Assembly: GCA_964016885.1 (NCBI GenBank)
Contig: OZ024755.1
Coordinates: 3,472,001-3,536,000 of the forward strand
Reading direction: 5' to 3'
From: Eledone cirrhosa
Taxonomy: Eukaryota
DNA length: 64,000 bases
In this document: one piece after another, positions 39,011 to 54,500 of the stretch
How the letters are laid out: each line of letters starts with the position of its first letter
Position numbering within the stretch: the first letter of the stretch is position 1
Program-made: the position numbers and the translations under genes
Notes under the pieces: generated by a model
Database searches by the model: none
The model's input: the letters and a program-made list of their open reading frames with translations, nothing else
What the model was told of the DNA's origin: nothing

Positions 39011-39165
39011 TAGGCGGCAAACTGACCGAGTCGTTAAAATAGCGGATACAATACCTTCTGGTATTTGTTCCAGCTTTCTGCATTTTGATTTCAAATTTCA
39101 ACTTCTGCCGACAAGGTCAATATTCTTTTACCTGGTTCCAAGGTCGGTCGATAAATACAAAATAC
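39011..39165 (+). mobile_element. Degenerate SINE family A copy
   Basis: AGGCGGCAAACTGACCGAGTCGTTA head, degenerate B box, GTCGATAAATACAAAATAC. Confidence 0.55.
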
Positions 39166-40616
39166 AGTCGTCTTCTTCTTCTTCTTCTTCTTCTTCTTCT
39201 TCTTCTTCTTCTTCTTCTTCTTCTTCTTCTTCTTCTTCTTCTTCTTCTTCTTCTTCTTCTTCTTCTTCTTCGCTCACTTATTCCTAAGATGCTCGAGACA
39301 TTCATATCGTATCGTCCTTCACGTGAGATAACACAAAGGACGTGTTCAGGCTTTAGGTAGGAAAAAATATATTGCTACGAGGAGGCGTGGGATGTTATCA
39401 CAAAGGATACGTATCTCCAGACCCCAGAGAGGGGTCAGGAAGGGAGAAAACCTTCACAAATACAGTACATATGAAATATTGTGGTCGTTATAATTGGACA
39501 TATTCTCCGTCAAAATGTGTCGAAAATTATTGCAAGACTTGTAAGACGTTGAAGTTCAATCAATCTCAATCAACGTTTATTGAGGTTACTCTCACAACAT
39601 TCCTTCCTCCGGAAACGAGAGAAGGGTTTAGTTAGAGGCTAGCAATTTCTTTACATAGAAAAAAATATAAATTCCTGGATATTCCGCTGAATTAAAGGAA
39701 GGAGAGTGACGAGGGTGTTTGTGTCTGCTCTCGACTGCATGGTCACCTAAAACGAAAGTATGGTACATACTACCAAGTCAGACTTGATTGTGACTGATGG
39801 CTGTAGTTTCATCCCTGTATTCAGCTCTGTCAACTCTCCCCCATACGATGGGACATCTCTCACCCACTTTGGGGTGGGTGGGAGATGTCGTCTCTTGTGA
39901 AAATGGGTATAGCTTTCATTATGTAAAATCTCCCCAGTTTGCCTCATTTTCCCCCGTTTTGGGGCCCTTTTTTTAATGGTACTTCCCGTTGGGTTTTTAG
40001 AGGTTGGCAGGACTGCTGTAATTGTTCTTATTCTGTTTAGAAAGCAGTCGTAGGGAATGAATGTTCAAGATTAAGAAAGGTTTTAAATGAAACCAGACGT
40101 TATGATATTAAATACCATCTTGAGCCAATCTTGCCACCAGATGTTATGTTTCTAGTTTTAAATCAAATCTTTAAACAGTAAGAGTAATAAACATCTACTG
40201 AACCTAAAAACTAAGTGTTTTAGCTGTGAACTTAGCCTCAAGCTTCGAAGAATGAACCAGTGTTTAGCTGTACTTGTATGTCATTAAAGCACTCGAGAAA
40301 GGTATGAACATCACACATTCTCAGTTAACTCTTTACAATAGGTTTGATGGCGTGTGTCTACGTGAGAAATCAATAATGATATCTTGTATTATTAGTGTCT
40401 ACTCAAGAAGTTATAAATCAATCAGGTGAACATTTATTGATTCAAATCGATTTAAGTGGTTTTGCGTGAAAATATACAAGATATTGCATTTAGTGATGTG
40501 GAAAAACAGGGTCAACACGTATTTGTCTATCTTATATATGTATATATACATATGTACATATACATATACTTATACATACATACATATATAAATATATATA
40601 TACATATATATATATA

Positions 40617-40706
<90 letters not shown>

Positions 40707-40824
40707 TCAGCCTTTTTTTGTCTGCTTGTCTGTCTACCCGTTTGTCTGCTTCTATATCTGTCTTTGTATCTCCCGATCTGACTTCCTGTCTATCTGTCTG
40801 TCTAACTATCTATGTGTATGTGGA

Positions 40825-41047
40825 GGAGAGGAGAGGAGTACAAGCTCTTCGTACTCCTGGAAATGAGGGTTGCACATTTTTTTTTCGGGGGTATGTGTTA
40901 CCCATATGAAATGTCTCCCCCTATTGGGGAAAATCGACTAATTTTTAAATTACATTTGTGATAATATTTTACACGTTTTTATTGTATGTAAACTTCCCCC
41001 TTTGTATTTGTCCCCTTCTTTTGTGCCCCTGTGGCTAATAAAGAAAC
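40825..41047 (+). mobile_element. LINE 3' UTR fragment, same family as 1978-2355
   Basis: Shared GAGGGTTGCACATTT..TTCGGGGGT.TGTG and TGTATGTAAACT.CCCCCTTTGTATTTGTCCC, ending AATAAAGAAAC. Confidence 0.7.
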
Positions 41048-41419
41048 ATATCTATGTGTATGTGGTAGTACATATGTAATAATATTTGTCTGTTTGGATG
41101 TGTCTGTATTTACAGCTATTTATCTCTTTACCTGCTCGTTTACCTGTCACTAGAACATAGACGGTTAGTTAATCACCGTCCCTGTTTGTTTCTATGTTTG
41201 CCAAATCTACTGGTCAGGAATATTTTCCAGTGTATATGTGTGTGGGGTGGGGTGGGGGCTGTCTGTGTGGTGTTACTTGCTAATCAATACCAATCCGTCA
41301 AGATCACACTGTATGCAAATGAGCAACTCTAGCAGATATGTATCTTCCTGTTATTTTAACCGAAACATTCATCAATCAATTAAATGATTTAATTTAATTT
41401 AATCCTGACTAATATAGTA

Positions 41420-41456
<37 letters not shown>

Positions 41457-41457
<1 letters not shown>

Positions 41458-41527
41458 GTGTGTTGGTGTGATGGTAGCACAGTGGTCTGGATAACCAAAG
41501 ATGTGGGTTCGACTTCCATGTACGTCA
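41457..41527 (+). pseudogene. Atypical tRNA-like cloverleaf (loop CT-GGA-TA); SINE head or tRNA pseudogene
   Basis: Acceptor GGTGTGT/GTACGTC (four G:U pairs), D arm GTGT/GCAC, anticodon arm TGGT/ACCA, T arm GTGGG-TTCGACT-TCCAT. A and B boxes are present and a T5 lies ~10 nt downstream. Confidence 0.6.
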
Positions 41528-41638
41528 ATGCTCATCTTTTTCCATTTTATCTGAGGGTTCTAAACCTCATTATCAGGCTAAAATTTCTTTAGTCAAATAT
41601 ACAGTGAAAGTTATTCTATTTTCTAATATATATATATG

Positions 41639-41679
<41 letters not shown>

Positions 41680-41688
<9 letters not shown>

Positions 41689-42000
41689 GGGAAGTAAGGT
41701 TCTATACAAAACTGGATATAGAGAAAAGGTGAAGTTGGAAATAGCACGGAAAATATATTTAAGGGTCTGTTTTTCTTTTTTTTAACCTTTCTTTGATTGG
41801 TCAAAGTGAGATTATTGAAAAAATGAGAGGGACAATTCTTTTTTAAAAGAAGTTTTATAAAGTATATAAAGTATATAAAGTATATAATGTACCGATTTCG
41901 ATGTATTATTAAAATTCATCTTATCAAATGTTGAGTATTGAAATAAAAAATTAAAAAGAATTAATAGGAGTTAAAAACTAAAAATTTAATATTTAAGATT
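41680..42000 (-). mobile_element. Family P3 repeat, inverted copy of 30935-31270
   Basis: Direct reverse-complement match. Flanked by (TA)n on the left and simple repeats on the right. Confidence 0.85.
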
Positions 42001-42033
42001 AAAGATCTCTCTGTATATGTATAAAAAAATTAA

Positions 42034-42164
<131 letters not shown>

Positions 42165-42312
42165 TTCATACACGTATATATATATATATATATATACAGA
42201 TTCATACACGTATATATATATATATACACACACATATAAATGTATATAGCTATAGATATATTACACTTGAGTGTAATTCTGTGTGTCTGTACATATATGT
42301 GTGTGTCTGTAC

Positions 42313-42362
<50 letters not shown>

Positions 42363-42622
42363 ATATATGTATGTAATTGTGTGTGTGTGTGTGATGTTAC
42401 TATATATATGTTTAGTTTATGCAAGGAACTGATATGGATGGCTGCTTAAAGCTTTCTTCAATGTATATGAAATATCTGTCGTTGCTGGTGAAGTCTCTCG
42501 GAAGAAATGACTGCAAATATCGTCTGGATTCGCATAAAACATAGATTGAAGAAGAGCGAAGCATCACTTTCCCGCTCATCAAGAACGCTGAACTGATTTC
42601 TTGTTTTATGACTATCTTTCTC

Positions 42623-42698
<76 letters not shown>

Positions 42699-43556
42699 CC
42701 TCCTTCTCTCCCTCTTTCTCCCCTTCTTTCTCTCTCTCCTTCTCCCCCCCCCTTCTCTCTCTCCTTCCTTCTTTCTCTCCTGCTCTCTCCCCTTCTCTCT
42801 CTCTTTCTCTCTCTCCTTCTCACCCCCTTCTCTCTTTCTACTTCTTCCTCTCCTTCTCTCCCCCTCTCTCCTTCTCCCCCTCCTTCTCTCTCTCTCTGCT
42901 TCTCTCTCATCTTCTCCCTCCCTTCTCTCTCTCTTTCCCCTCTTTCTCTTTCCACCCTCTCTCTCCTTCTCTCCCCTCTCTTCCTCTTTTTTATTTCCTA
43001 CGTCAACTGGCAAACGTCTCCAATAAAACTCGAGTTCGTCACTCTCTTAATTTATCGTCCACCGAAGAAACTCCATTCGATAAATAAGAAAAATATAAAG
43101 AGGCTGGATTATTTGAGAAGTTTGCGTTTATCACGTTGATGTTTGAATTAAAATCGGACCGCCATCTTTCAAAAGTTTGCCGCTTCAACGCACAGATTGG
43201 AAGCGCCTCCATTTTGAAATGTAATATAGTAATGTTGTATTGATATCATTTATCACAGGAATATCAGTGTCGCAGATAGGGCGCATGTTGTAGTGGGAGG
43301 AGGGAAGAAAACGTGTCAAACTCCTCGTGACTTGTGTGTTAAAGCAACATTAACTGCAGAAACTAAAAACAAACAACAAAGCCGTATATCGTCACACATA
43401 CTAAAAATGGCTTCATATTTAATTTAATATACGTAAACACACACACATATACACATACACATACACATACACATGCACACACACATACACATACACACAC
43501 ATACACATATACATATACATACACATACACATGCACATGCGCACACACATACGCAT

Positions 43557-43591
<35 letters not shown>

Positions 43592-44498
43592 TACGCACAC
43601 AAACACATACTTGCACACACATACACACACATACATACACATACACATACACATGTATGCACACACATACACACACACATGCACACACATACACACATAC
43701 ACACACACATACGCATACAAACAGACACTAGCATACATGCACACACATACACTTACACAAGTTCGTACAGACCCACACACAAACACACACACAAACACAC
43801 AAACACACACAAACACACATACACCACACACACACACACAAACATACTTACACACGTTCGTACAGACACACACAAACACACACATGTACACACATACACA
43901 CATTCGTACACACACAAACACACAAACACACACATGTAAATGATATATTTGTATATGTGTGTTTATGTGGAGATATATAGATATTTATTTTGTTAGATCA
44001 AACTCTCACATATCTCTCTCCGTATGTGTATGTGTGCTTGTATGTGTATGTGTGTGTATGTATGTGTGTGTATGTATGTGTATGAATGTTTATGTGTGTG
44101 TTTGAGCGTTGACCGAAATCTCATAATATAATTATCTCTCTCTTTCTCTCTCTCTCTCCCTCACACACACACACACACGCACACTCTCTCTCTCCCTCAC
44201 ACACACACACACTCTCTCTCTCTCCCCTCTCTCTCTCCCCTCTCTCTCTCACACACACACTATCACACACTCTCTCTAACTCTTCTAAACAATTCCTCTT
44301 CAATTGGGTCAAGATTCCCGACACTCTGCTGATTATCACTGAATGTCGTCTGCTTCAATCATTCAACATTCACACCACATAATCCATGTCTGTTGTGATG
44401 AGTGACTTATTGCAGAAGATGTTGATATTTATTCAATGTAACTTTTTGTGATTTCCATTGTAGCGTTCTTTAACTTATTAAAACAATCAGTGTTTACC

Positions 44499-44806
44499 AG
44501 GGACTATGTTGAAAAATAAACCTCGTTTGGTCATTCCACGAGAGTATCTTGGTCAGCCTATGGACATTTCAGCCGACACTCATATATATGCACACACATA
44601 TATACAAACATACGAAAAGTTCTTAGTTTGACTATGAAGAAGTGATGCTAGAGCTGTGAAATCTTGCATTCATTAGTTTCAACTCTTCCTATTAATAACT
44701 GCATTGTTTCTTTTTCACCAGAGACTATGTTGACAAATATAAACCACATTTGGTCATTCCATGAGAGAATTTTGGTCAGCTTATGAACGTTTCAGCTGAC
44801 CAGCGT
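44499..44806 (+). mobile_element. Mariner-derived miniature elements (a 3' end fragment 44499-44584 and a near-complete ~200-bp copy 44611-44806)
   Basis: GACTATGTTGAAAAATAA encodes DYVEK*, the mariner transposase C-terminus. It is followed by the TIR-like GGTCAGCCTATG.AC.TTTCAGCCGAC.CTC.TA. Confidence 0.7.
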
Positions 44807-45659
44807 TTGTTACCTTGGTGAGGAGGGTCTCAGTAATTTGAGGGGTGTGGAACCGGAAGAGGAAAGGGTGGAGCAAAGAATGGGGAGGAACGGATATTGT
44901 GATGGGGGGACCTTAAAGGTAAAGACAGGGATTAGGTGGTAAGATAAAGAGAGAGGAAGGAAAAGAAAGACAGAGAGAGAGAGAAACAGAAAGAGGGATA
45001 AAGAGAGAAAGAAACAGAAAGAGGGAGAAAGAGAGAGAGAGAAAGAGAGAGAGATAAAAAAAGAGGGTAAGAGAGAAAGAGAGAGATAAAAAGAGAGTAA
45101 GAGAGAGAGAAGGCGAAAGATAGATAAAAACGATGTAAGGGAGAGAGAGAAAGAGAGAGAGAGAGAAAAAAGAAAGAGAGAGAGAGAAGAGGGAAAGACA
45201 GAGAGAGATAAAAAAGAGGGCAAAAGAAACAAAGGGAGGGTGCAGTGGAGAGATAGAGGAGATGTGGTTACAGCGATGTGAACATATGGTGTCGATATTT
45301 CGATGAGATCAGTGAATATTATTTGAGAAAATTCAGTGAACCGTATCAATGTTAATAAGCAAGGATTACAACATAAACAACAACAACATACAAACAAATA
45401 ACAAAAATATAAACAATAAATAAATAAATAAAATGATGAAAAAAGAAAGAAAGAAAGAAAGAAAGAAGCAAATGACGAAGAAAAACGAATAAGTAAAAAA
45501 TATTGGTTGATTATTTTTTTCCCTGGGAGGAGAAAAATTCCTTTAACCATTTAATCATATATGGTAAGGGGTCAGATAAGCCGCCATATTAATACTAAAC
45601 TTTGCCCTATTCTGTTATTTGTTTCTATTTTCAATATCATTTCCATTATATGTTCTCCA

Positions 45660-46030
45660 ATCTTACGGCCCTTTATAGTCTGAGTTCAAATCCCGCCGAG
45701 GTTAACTTTGCCTTTCATCCTTACGGGGTCGATAAAATAAAGTACCAGTAATGTATTGGGATAAATGCTGGCCTTGTGCCTAAAGTAGAAGCAATTATTA
45801 CAGTGGGAGTGGTAGAATATAGGGAATGTGAAGATATTTAATTAAATATTGTGTAATTGGTGGATTAGCAGTAACCGGTAGAGCGTCAGACAACATGCTT
45901 GGCGGCATTGAGTTACTGTTATTTGTGTTCTGAGTTCAAATCCCGCCGAGGTTAACTTTGCCTTTCATCCTTACGGGGTCGATAAAACAAAGTACCAGTG
46001 ATGCACTGAGGGTGAATTAAATCGCAAACC
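45660..46030 (+). mobile_element. Two SINE family A copies
   Basis: CTGAGTTCAAATCCCGCCGAGGTTAACTTTGCCTTTCATCCTTACGGGGTCGATAAAA occurs at ~45680 and ~45930. Confidence 0.85.
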
Positions 46031-46358
46031 ATTATTCGTATTGCTACTGTTAAGGTTAAGTTCTGTAACGGTACCGTTGTTTGTTAAATGCAAGAATGGC
46101 TGCATGTTGTTGTTGTTGTCGGTGTTGTTGTAGTTGATGTTGTCATCGTTGGTGTTGTTGTTGTCGTCGTTGTTGTCGTTGTTGTGGTTGTCATCGTTGG
46201 TGTTGTTGTTGTTGTTGTTGTTGTTGTAGTTGATGTTGTCATCGTTGGTGTTGTTGTTGTCATCGTTGTTGTCGTTGTCCTTGTTGTCATTGTTGTCGTC
46301 GTTGGTGTTGTTGTTGTCGGTGTTGTCATTGTTGTTGTTGTTGTTGTTGTCGTCGTCG

Positions 46359-46398
<40 letters not shown>

Positions 46399-46790
46399 CG
46401 TTGTTGTTGTTTATGCAAGATGTTGACCTTCAGTTATTAAAGTAATGATGCAGAACGCTCTTCAGACATGTAAAGCTGTGCATCTGTATCTGTGTCAACA
46501 CCAACACCAACATCAACAACATTAGCTAGTGCAGTAATTACAGACCAGCAGCTGCTACAGCTAATATGCCCCTGAAAGGTGGCGCTGCACGGCCATATTG
46601 AGCAACGCCTATTACTGGTGGTTTTGGCAGGGGAAATATATAAGGGGGGGGGGGAGTGGCGGGAGGAAGTGAAGAACAATATTCCACAGCTGACATCTTT
46701 TGTATGTTGAAGGGTCGAGGGGTAAACTAATAATAAGGGTTTAATTAGGGAGGGAAAGAGAAATATATATATATATATGATATATATGTA

Positions 46791-46880
<90 letters not shown>

Positions 46881-46908
46881 TATACATATATATATATATG
46901 TATATATG

Positions 46909-46940
<32 letters not shown>

Positions 46941-46970
46941 TATATATACACATATATATATATATATGTA

Positions 46971-47075
<105 letters not shown>

Positions 47076-47155
47076 GTGTATATATAGATATATATATATA
47101 TTTATTTATTTATATATATATATAAGAGAAAGATATATACATATATATATATATA

Positions 47156-47267
<112 letters not shown>

Positions 47268-48191
47268 CACAGAGAGAGAGGGGGGGGGGGGTAAGAGAGA
47301 GAGAATGTACATCCAGGTACATTACAATATAAAAAAGTTATTCCAATATATACTGGAATATGGTTGAATATGAAGAGAGAATAAGAGAGAGGAGTGAGAG
47401 GGGGAGAATAAGAGATGGGATTGTGTGAGGGAGATCAAAAGAGAGGGGATGTGTTTGAGGGAGAGCGGGAGAGAAAGACTAAGACAAAAGGGGGAGTGAA
47501 TGAGAGAGAGATTAAGAGAATTAGAGAGACCTGATGACGGGAAAGACGACAGAAAGAGAGAATGAGGATAAAGAGGCAGTGAGCTTCTGGAGGTGACATA
47601 CATGCCTGCACACAGCTGTGTCGTCATGCTAGATTGACTTGGCGGCGGTGGTGGTGGTGGTGGTGGTGGTGGTGGTGATATGGTGGTGGTGGTGGTGGTG
47701 GTGGTGATATGGTGGTGGTGGTGGTGGTGGTGGTGGTGGTGGTGATGGTGGTGGTGGTGGTGATATGGTGGTGGTGGTGGTGGCGGCGGCGGCGGTGGTG
47801 GCAGTGGCGGGGATGTGGTCTGGATGTGGCGGTGGTGGGGAAGTGATGGTGGGAGCAGGGAGAGGTAGGTGTTTGAAAGGGCTGTTTCATCCATTCATTT
47901 ATTTATTTGTATTGAATCCCTTCGATCTGATCATTGCCTCCCCTCCATATTGTTGTGGAGTCTTCATAATAATAATGACAGTAATAATGTATTTCATCGT
48001 CACCCTCTTTGATTACCCACCCCTCCTCCTGCTCCCCCTCCTCCTCCTTCTTCTTCTTCTTCTTCTTCTTCTTCTTCTTCTTCTTCTTCTTCTTCTTCTT
48101 CTTCTTCTTCTTCTTCTTCTTCTTCTTCTTCTTCACACAAAATTCACAACACTGCTGCACAATAAACACATTAATGCAGAACATTGGCAAA

Positions 48192-48246
<55 letters not shown>

Positions 48247-48247
48247 G

Positions 48248-48329
<82 letters not shown>

Positions 48330-48455
48330 AAAACAGTCTTAAACACACATGTACACATGTATGTTTATATGTTTGCATGTGTACATATATATATACGCAT
48401 GTGTATACATGTGTGTATATATATACGTATATATATGCATGTGTATGCATATGTG

Positions 48456-48512
<57 letters not shown>

Positions 48513-48884
48513 CTGTCTGTGTGTGTATGTGTATCGCATAAAAATGTAATCACTTACATCTAAGAAAAATGCAAAATGCAAAGAAAACAACAAAAACAAA
48601 CAGAAACAAAACAAAACAACAATAATAACAATAATAACAATAATAATAATGAACGAATCACCAAAGAATATTTCATGAAATAAAGATAGAAATTTGGTAA
48701 TTTTGGAAGATGGTGGTGGTGGTGGAGGTGGAGGTGGGGTAGTTTGTGATGGAGGTGGTGGTGGTGGTGGTGGTGGTGGTGGGATATAGAAGGACATTTT
48801 TATTTATAGGGATTGGATTGTATGAAGTAGAAAGACTTAGAAATTAAAACACAAACGAACGGAAGACAAGCAAAAAATAATGTA

Positions 48885-48950
<66 letters not shown>

Positions 48951-48957
48951 GTATATA

Positions 48958-49013
<56 letters not shown>

Positions 49014-49019
49014 CATACA

Positions 49020-49055
<36 letters not shown>

Positions 49056-49061
49056 CATACA

Positions 49062-49099
<38 letters not shown>

Positions 49100-49148
49100 C
49101 ATACACGCATATATACATACACAGATATATATATACATACACACACAT

Positions 49149-49182
<34 letters not shown>

Positions 49183-49283
49183 ATATATATATGTTTGTGT
49201 TTATATATATATGTATATATATATATATATGATATATATATATATATCTGTGTGTGTGTATGCATCAATATATATGTATATGT

Positions 49284-49367
<84 letters not shown>

Positions 49368-49595
49368 ATATATATGAATAAATATAGGGAGAGAAAAAGT
49401 TTAAAAGGAATGAACCAAGGGCGAAAATATGACTGAGAAAGAAATTCTATGATAGAGAAACAAAACAGGAAATAAAGAATATATATATATATTTGTGTCT
49501 ATATATGTATATATATGTGTGTATATATATATATAATTTTATGTGTTTATATATGTATATATATGTGTGTATATATATATATATAGATATGCATA

Positions 49596-49710
<115 letters not shown>

Positions 49711-49771
49711 GTATATATATGTATATATATATATATATACGTATATATATGTATATATATATATGTATGGG

Positions 49772-49802
<31 letters not shown>

Positions 49803-49827
49803 ATATACGTATATATATGTATATATG

Positions 49828-49865
<38 letters not shown>

Positions 49866-50723
49866 TATATACATATATATATATATATATGAAAATGGGT
49901 AAAAATAGTATTTTTAAGGTGGAACAAAAAATAAGAAAGTAAAAAAATAAAACAATTAAAACAGGGGGGGGGGGGGGGGGGGTAGAGGAGGGGGGATGAG
50001 GGGTGTGGTGTGTGTGAAGGGATCACATTTGCAGGAATTAACTACAGGACTAAAAACAAATGATACGCACACATACACACACATACTCACACAGACGCAC
50101 ATACACACACACATACACTCTCACACATGCACACTCACATACAGAAATACTCACACACACGCACATACACATGTATACATATATGCACAAACACACACAC
50201 ATGCCCACACATCCATGCTTACACACACACATACACACACACATACAAATACAGACATATACATATATATACACATATATGCTCACACATACATGCACAT
50301 AAACATACACACATATACACACACATATATATATATACAGAAAAACACACACACATCTGCTCACACACATGTTTCATACACACATACGCAGACATGCCCA
50401 GACACACACCGAAACACACACAGAGACACACAGAAACACACACACACATGCTCACACACATGTTCACACACACACATACACAAACATAAACAGACACACA
50501 CAAAGACACAGAGAAACACCATATTCAGGGGATTCCAGAAAGAACTTAAAAAAAATAAAAGACGGGAGAAGAATCAGCAAAGTTTTTTACCCACAAAAAA
50601 AACAAAACAGAACAAACAATAAAAAGACAAAAACGGAAAAAAAACTCAGAAATGTGAATAACTGAACGTTTGTAAAAACTAAAGATGTTTAGAGACCTTT
50701 TTCTCTTCTTGTTTTCTTTGGTG

Positions 50724-50790
<67 letters not shown>

Positions 50791-50919
50791 TATATATGTA
50801 CATATAAACATATATGTATATGTATGTATATACAGATATATATTATACATATAAGTACATATAAATATCTATGTATATATATGTATAGAAATATTATATA
50901 CATCTACATGGATATACAC

Positions 50920-51020
<101 letters not shown>

Positions 51021-51087
51021 TATAAATATATATGTATATATATATATGTATAGAAATATATATCTACATACATATACATACATATAC

Positions 51088-51217
<130 letters not shown>

Positions 51218-51301
51218 AATATATATAGACATATAAAACATTTATATCTATATATATATATATATATATAACTATCTCTCTATATACACACACACTCACA
51301 C

Positions 51302-51333
<32 letters not shown>

Positions 51334-51515
51334 GGAGTCCAATTGGAATTAGGTATGCTGCAGCAGTTGATTTTTATTAGTTAAGGGGCCAGGCTTGCTT
51401 CGGTTATTAGTAAGTTGGTCACGCTATGCTTGCGTTCAATCCTTAGATGTCCTCCACCTCAAAGCTTTCATCTACAATGTCAGCTGTGTGCACAGAATTT
51501 CATTATGATTATCGT

Positions 51516-51555
<40 letters not shown>

Positions 51556-51705
51556 GTTGTAGTTATTGTTTTGTTCTCTCTTTCCTTTCCTCATTTCTTA
51601 AATATGGTGCCCCTAAAAGCTGTCACTTTGCGGTTTTGAAAAAATCTTTAACTATCTCCCGCCTCGTTCATATAATAGAGCATTGCGCACACAAATCCTC
51701 ACATA

Positions 51706-51876
<171 letters not shown>

Positions 51877-52022
51877 ATTTATTATTAACACACAGAAGTT
51901 TAAGCAAACAATTTTTGTATTTACCCTCATACCAAGGAAAGCAGAAATTGTTTGCTTAAATTTTGAATGTGTTAATAATAAATATTTGGTCAATGGTTAT
52001 ACATTCACACACACACTCACAC

Positions 52023-52085
<63 letters not shown>

Positions 52086-52090
<5 letters not shown>

Positions 52091-52358
52091 ATAATAATAA
52101 ATATGAAGACTAAAATCCAAAGAGGGCTCGATAAGGATAAATATATATCAAATATATAAGAACCCTAGAGCAAATATTTATTAAAATAACAGATTAAAGT
52201 TTAATCTGTTATTTTAATAAATATATATATATATATATATATGGGAAAATGTTCAAGACCCCGACGGCAGAGCTCAAGCCGTTTATATATTTGATATATA
52301 TTTATCCTTATCGAGCCTTCTTTGGATTTTAGTCTTCACATTTATTATTATTACTATA
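52086..52358. mobile_element. (TA)n-embedded cluster: family P4 (~89-nt tail plus 24-bp-arm palindrome at 52175-52223), a P1 fragment, and an inverted P4 tail
   Basis: TATTTATTAAAATAACAGATTAAA-G-TTTAATCTGTTATTTTAATAAATA. 52086-52160 is inverted at ~52283-52358, and another piece lies at ~52462-52495. Confidence 0.7.
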
Positions 52359-52429
52359 TGTAAAATAAAGTACCAGTAATGCACTGGGTTTGTGCTGGCC
52401 TTGTGCCAAAAAGTAGAAACAATTATTAC

Positions 52430-52462
<33 letters not shown>

Positions 52463-52490
52463 GGATTTTAGTCTTCAAATTTATTATTAT

Positions 52491-52557
<67 letters not shown>

Positions 52558-52777
52558 TATATATGATATATGTTTACATACATACGTGTATATATATATA
52601 TATAATATATATATGTGTGTGTGTATAAATATATATGTACACACACACGCACACGTATATATATATATAACTAATACGCCTAAATATAAGGTGTAATTAA
52701 TGGACATAATTTAAAACACAGACATACACACACACATATATAGAGAGTTAGAGAGAGAGAGAAAGAGAGATAGAGAC

Positions 52778-52834
<57 letters not shown>

Positions 52835-53192
52835 TAAATGTCCTTCAAATTTAGCCACTTTGTTTGGTTTTCCTGTAATATTTGTTTTGTTTAAAACAGA
52901 GAAATCAAATAATCATGTCTTGCTTCATGAAATCTCATAATTGAAATTTTATCAATAAATGTAAAAATGTTTTCCTTTTATATCGCTTCAAATTCCACCG
53001 ATATCGAAAATAAAAGCCATTATTTCGTTGAAAAGCATGGATCAGTGCTTTGCTTCTGTTCTAATTCCTTGCCTTCATTGTTTCCTCCATACTTTATTGA
53101 AACAAAACAAATATGTTGTATAACTTTGAAAAATAGAATTTATTATAATTTATTACAATTTAAAGAACCTTTTCAGTGAAGAAAAGAAATTG

Positions 53193-53230
<38 letters not shown>

Positions 53231-53237
53231 GAAATTG

Positions 53238-53282
<45 letters not shown>

Positions 53283-53425
53283 AAAAGAAAGGAATGATGA
53301 GGACTTCAGAATGCCGGTACAATGGGGTAGAAATATATATATATATATAAAGGGTAAGGGATGACAAATAAAGCAAACCAAACTAATGTTATATATATAC
53401 GTCTGTATACATATACGTGTACATA

Positions 53426-53563
<138 letters not shown>

Positions 53564-53564
53564 A

Positions 53565-53601
<37 letters not shown>

Positions 53602-54169
53602 CATATATATATAAAGTGCCAATAAATGACAAATAAAACAAAAGTAATGTTTTTTTACCCACTATATTTCAACATAATATTTCAGTGTTAGGACTCCCTT
53701 TTCAAATGCAAAACAAAATACCGAATGATGCGTTCTTCCTTAACTGGTCTAAAAATATTCATCTAAGTGAAACTAATGATATAAAAAAGAAAATATTTAT
53801 TAAAATTGTTTATAAATATCTAATATTTTGATAAATTAATAAAAAAGGTGGGTGAAGACGACAGAAAAATAGATGATACACGGGACATTCCCTTCTCATC
53901 AGTTAATGATATCAAACTTAATGTACTGAAATCACAAGGAGCTCCAGAGGTTGACTGATGAGAAAGGACTGTCCTGTGTTTCGTCCGTTTTACCGTCGTC
54001 TCGTCCACCTTTTTTTTAAAATGATGTTTATAAGATGTTAGCCAAGACATACTACCTAGACGGGTAAGTCTCACACACACATATAGGTTCTCACCCTGCT
54101 CTCCTCATCTTTTGTATCTATCAGTTTCACTCTCATTCCTTCAATAAACAACACATCTATCTACTTTCG

Positions 54170-54500
54170 CTACACCCCCAACTACCCACCACACCCTCAA
54201 CTACTCACCACACCCCCAACTACTCACCATACCCCAACTACCTAATACACCCCAACTACCCACCACACCCTCAACTACCTACTACACCCTCAACTTCCCA
54301 CCACACCCTCAACTACCCACCACACCCTCAACTACCCACCACACCCTAAACTACCTATTACACCCTCAACTACCTACTACACCCCCAACTACCCACCACA
54401 CCCCCATCTACCTACTACTCCCACAACTACCTACTACTCCCACAGCTACCCATTACTTCCACAACACCCACTACTCCCACTACTCCCCACAACAGCCACT
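54170..54500. repeat. Degenerate ~20-bp C-rich minisatellite
   Basis: Recurring CACACCC(C/T)CAACTACC(C/T)AC. Confidence 0.85.

Noticed and set aside
52113-52168. TCGATAA..AAA hammerhead-like segment
   Set aside because: Too many core deviations (U4 and G12 absent), and it lies in the tail part of family P4.
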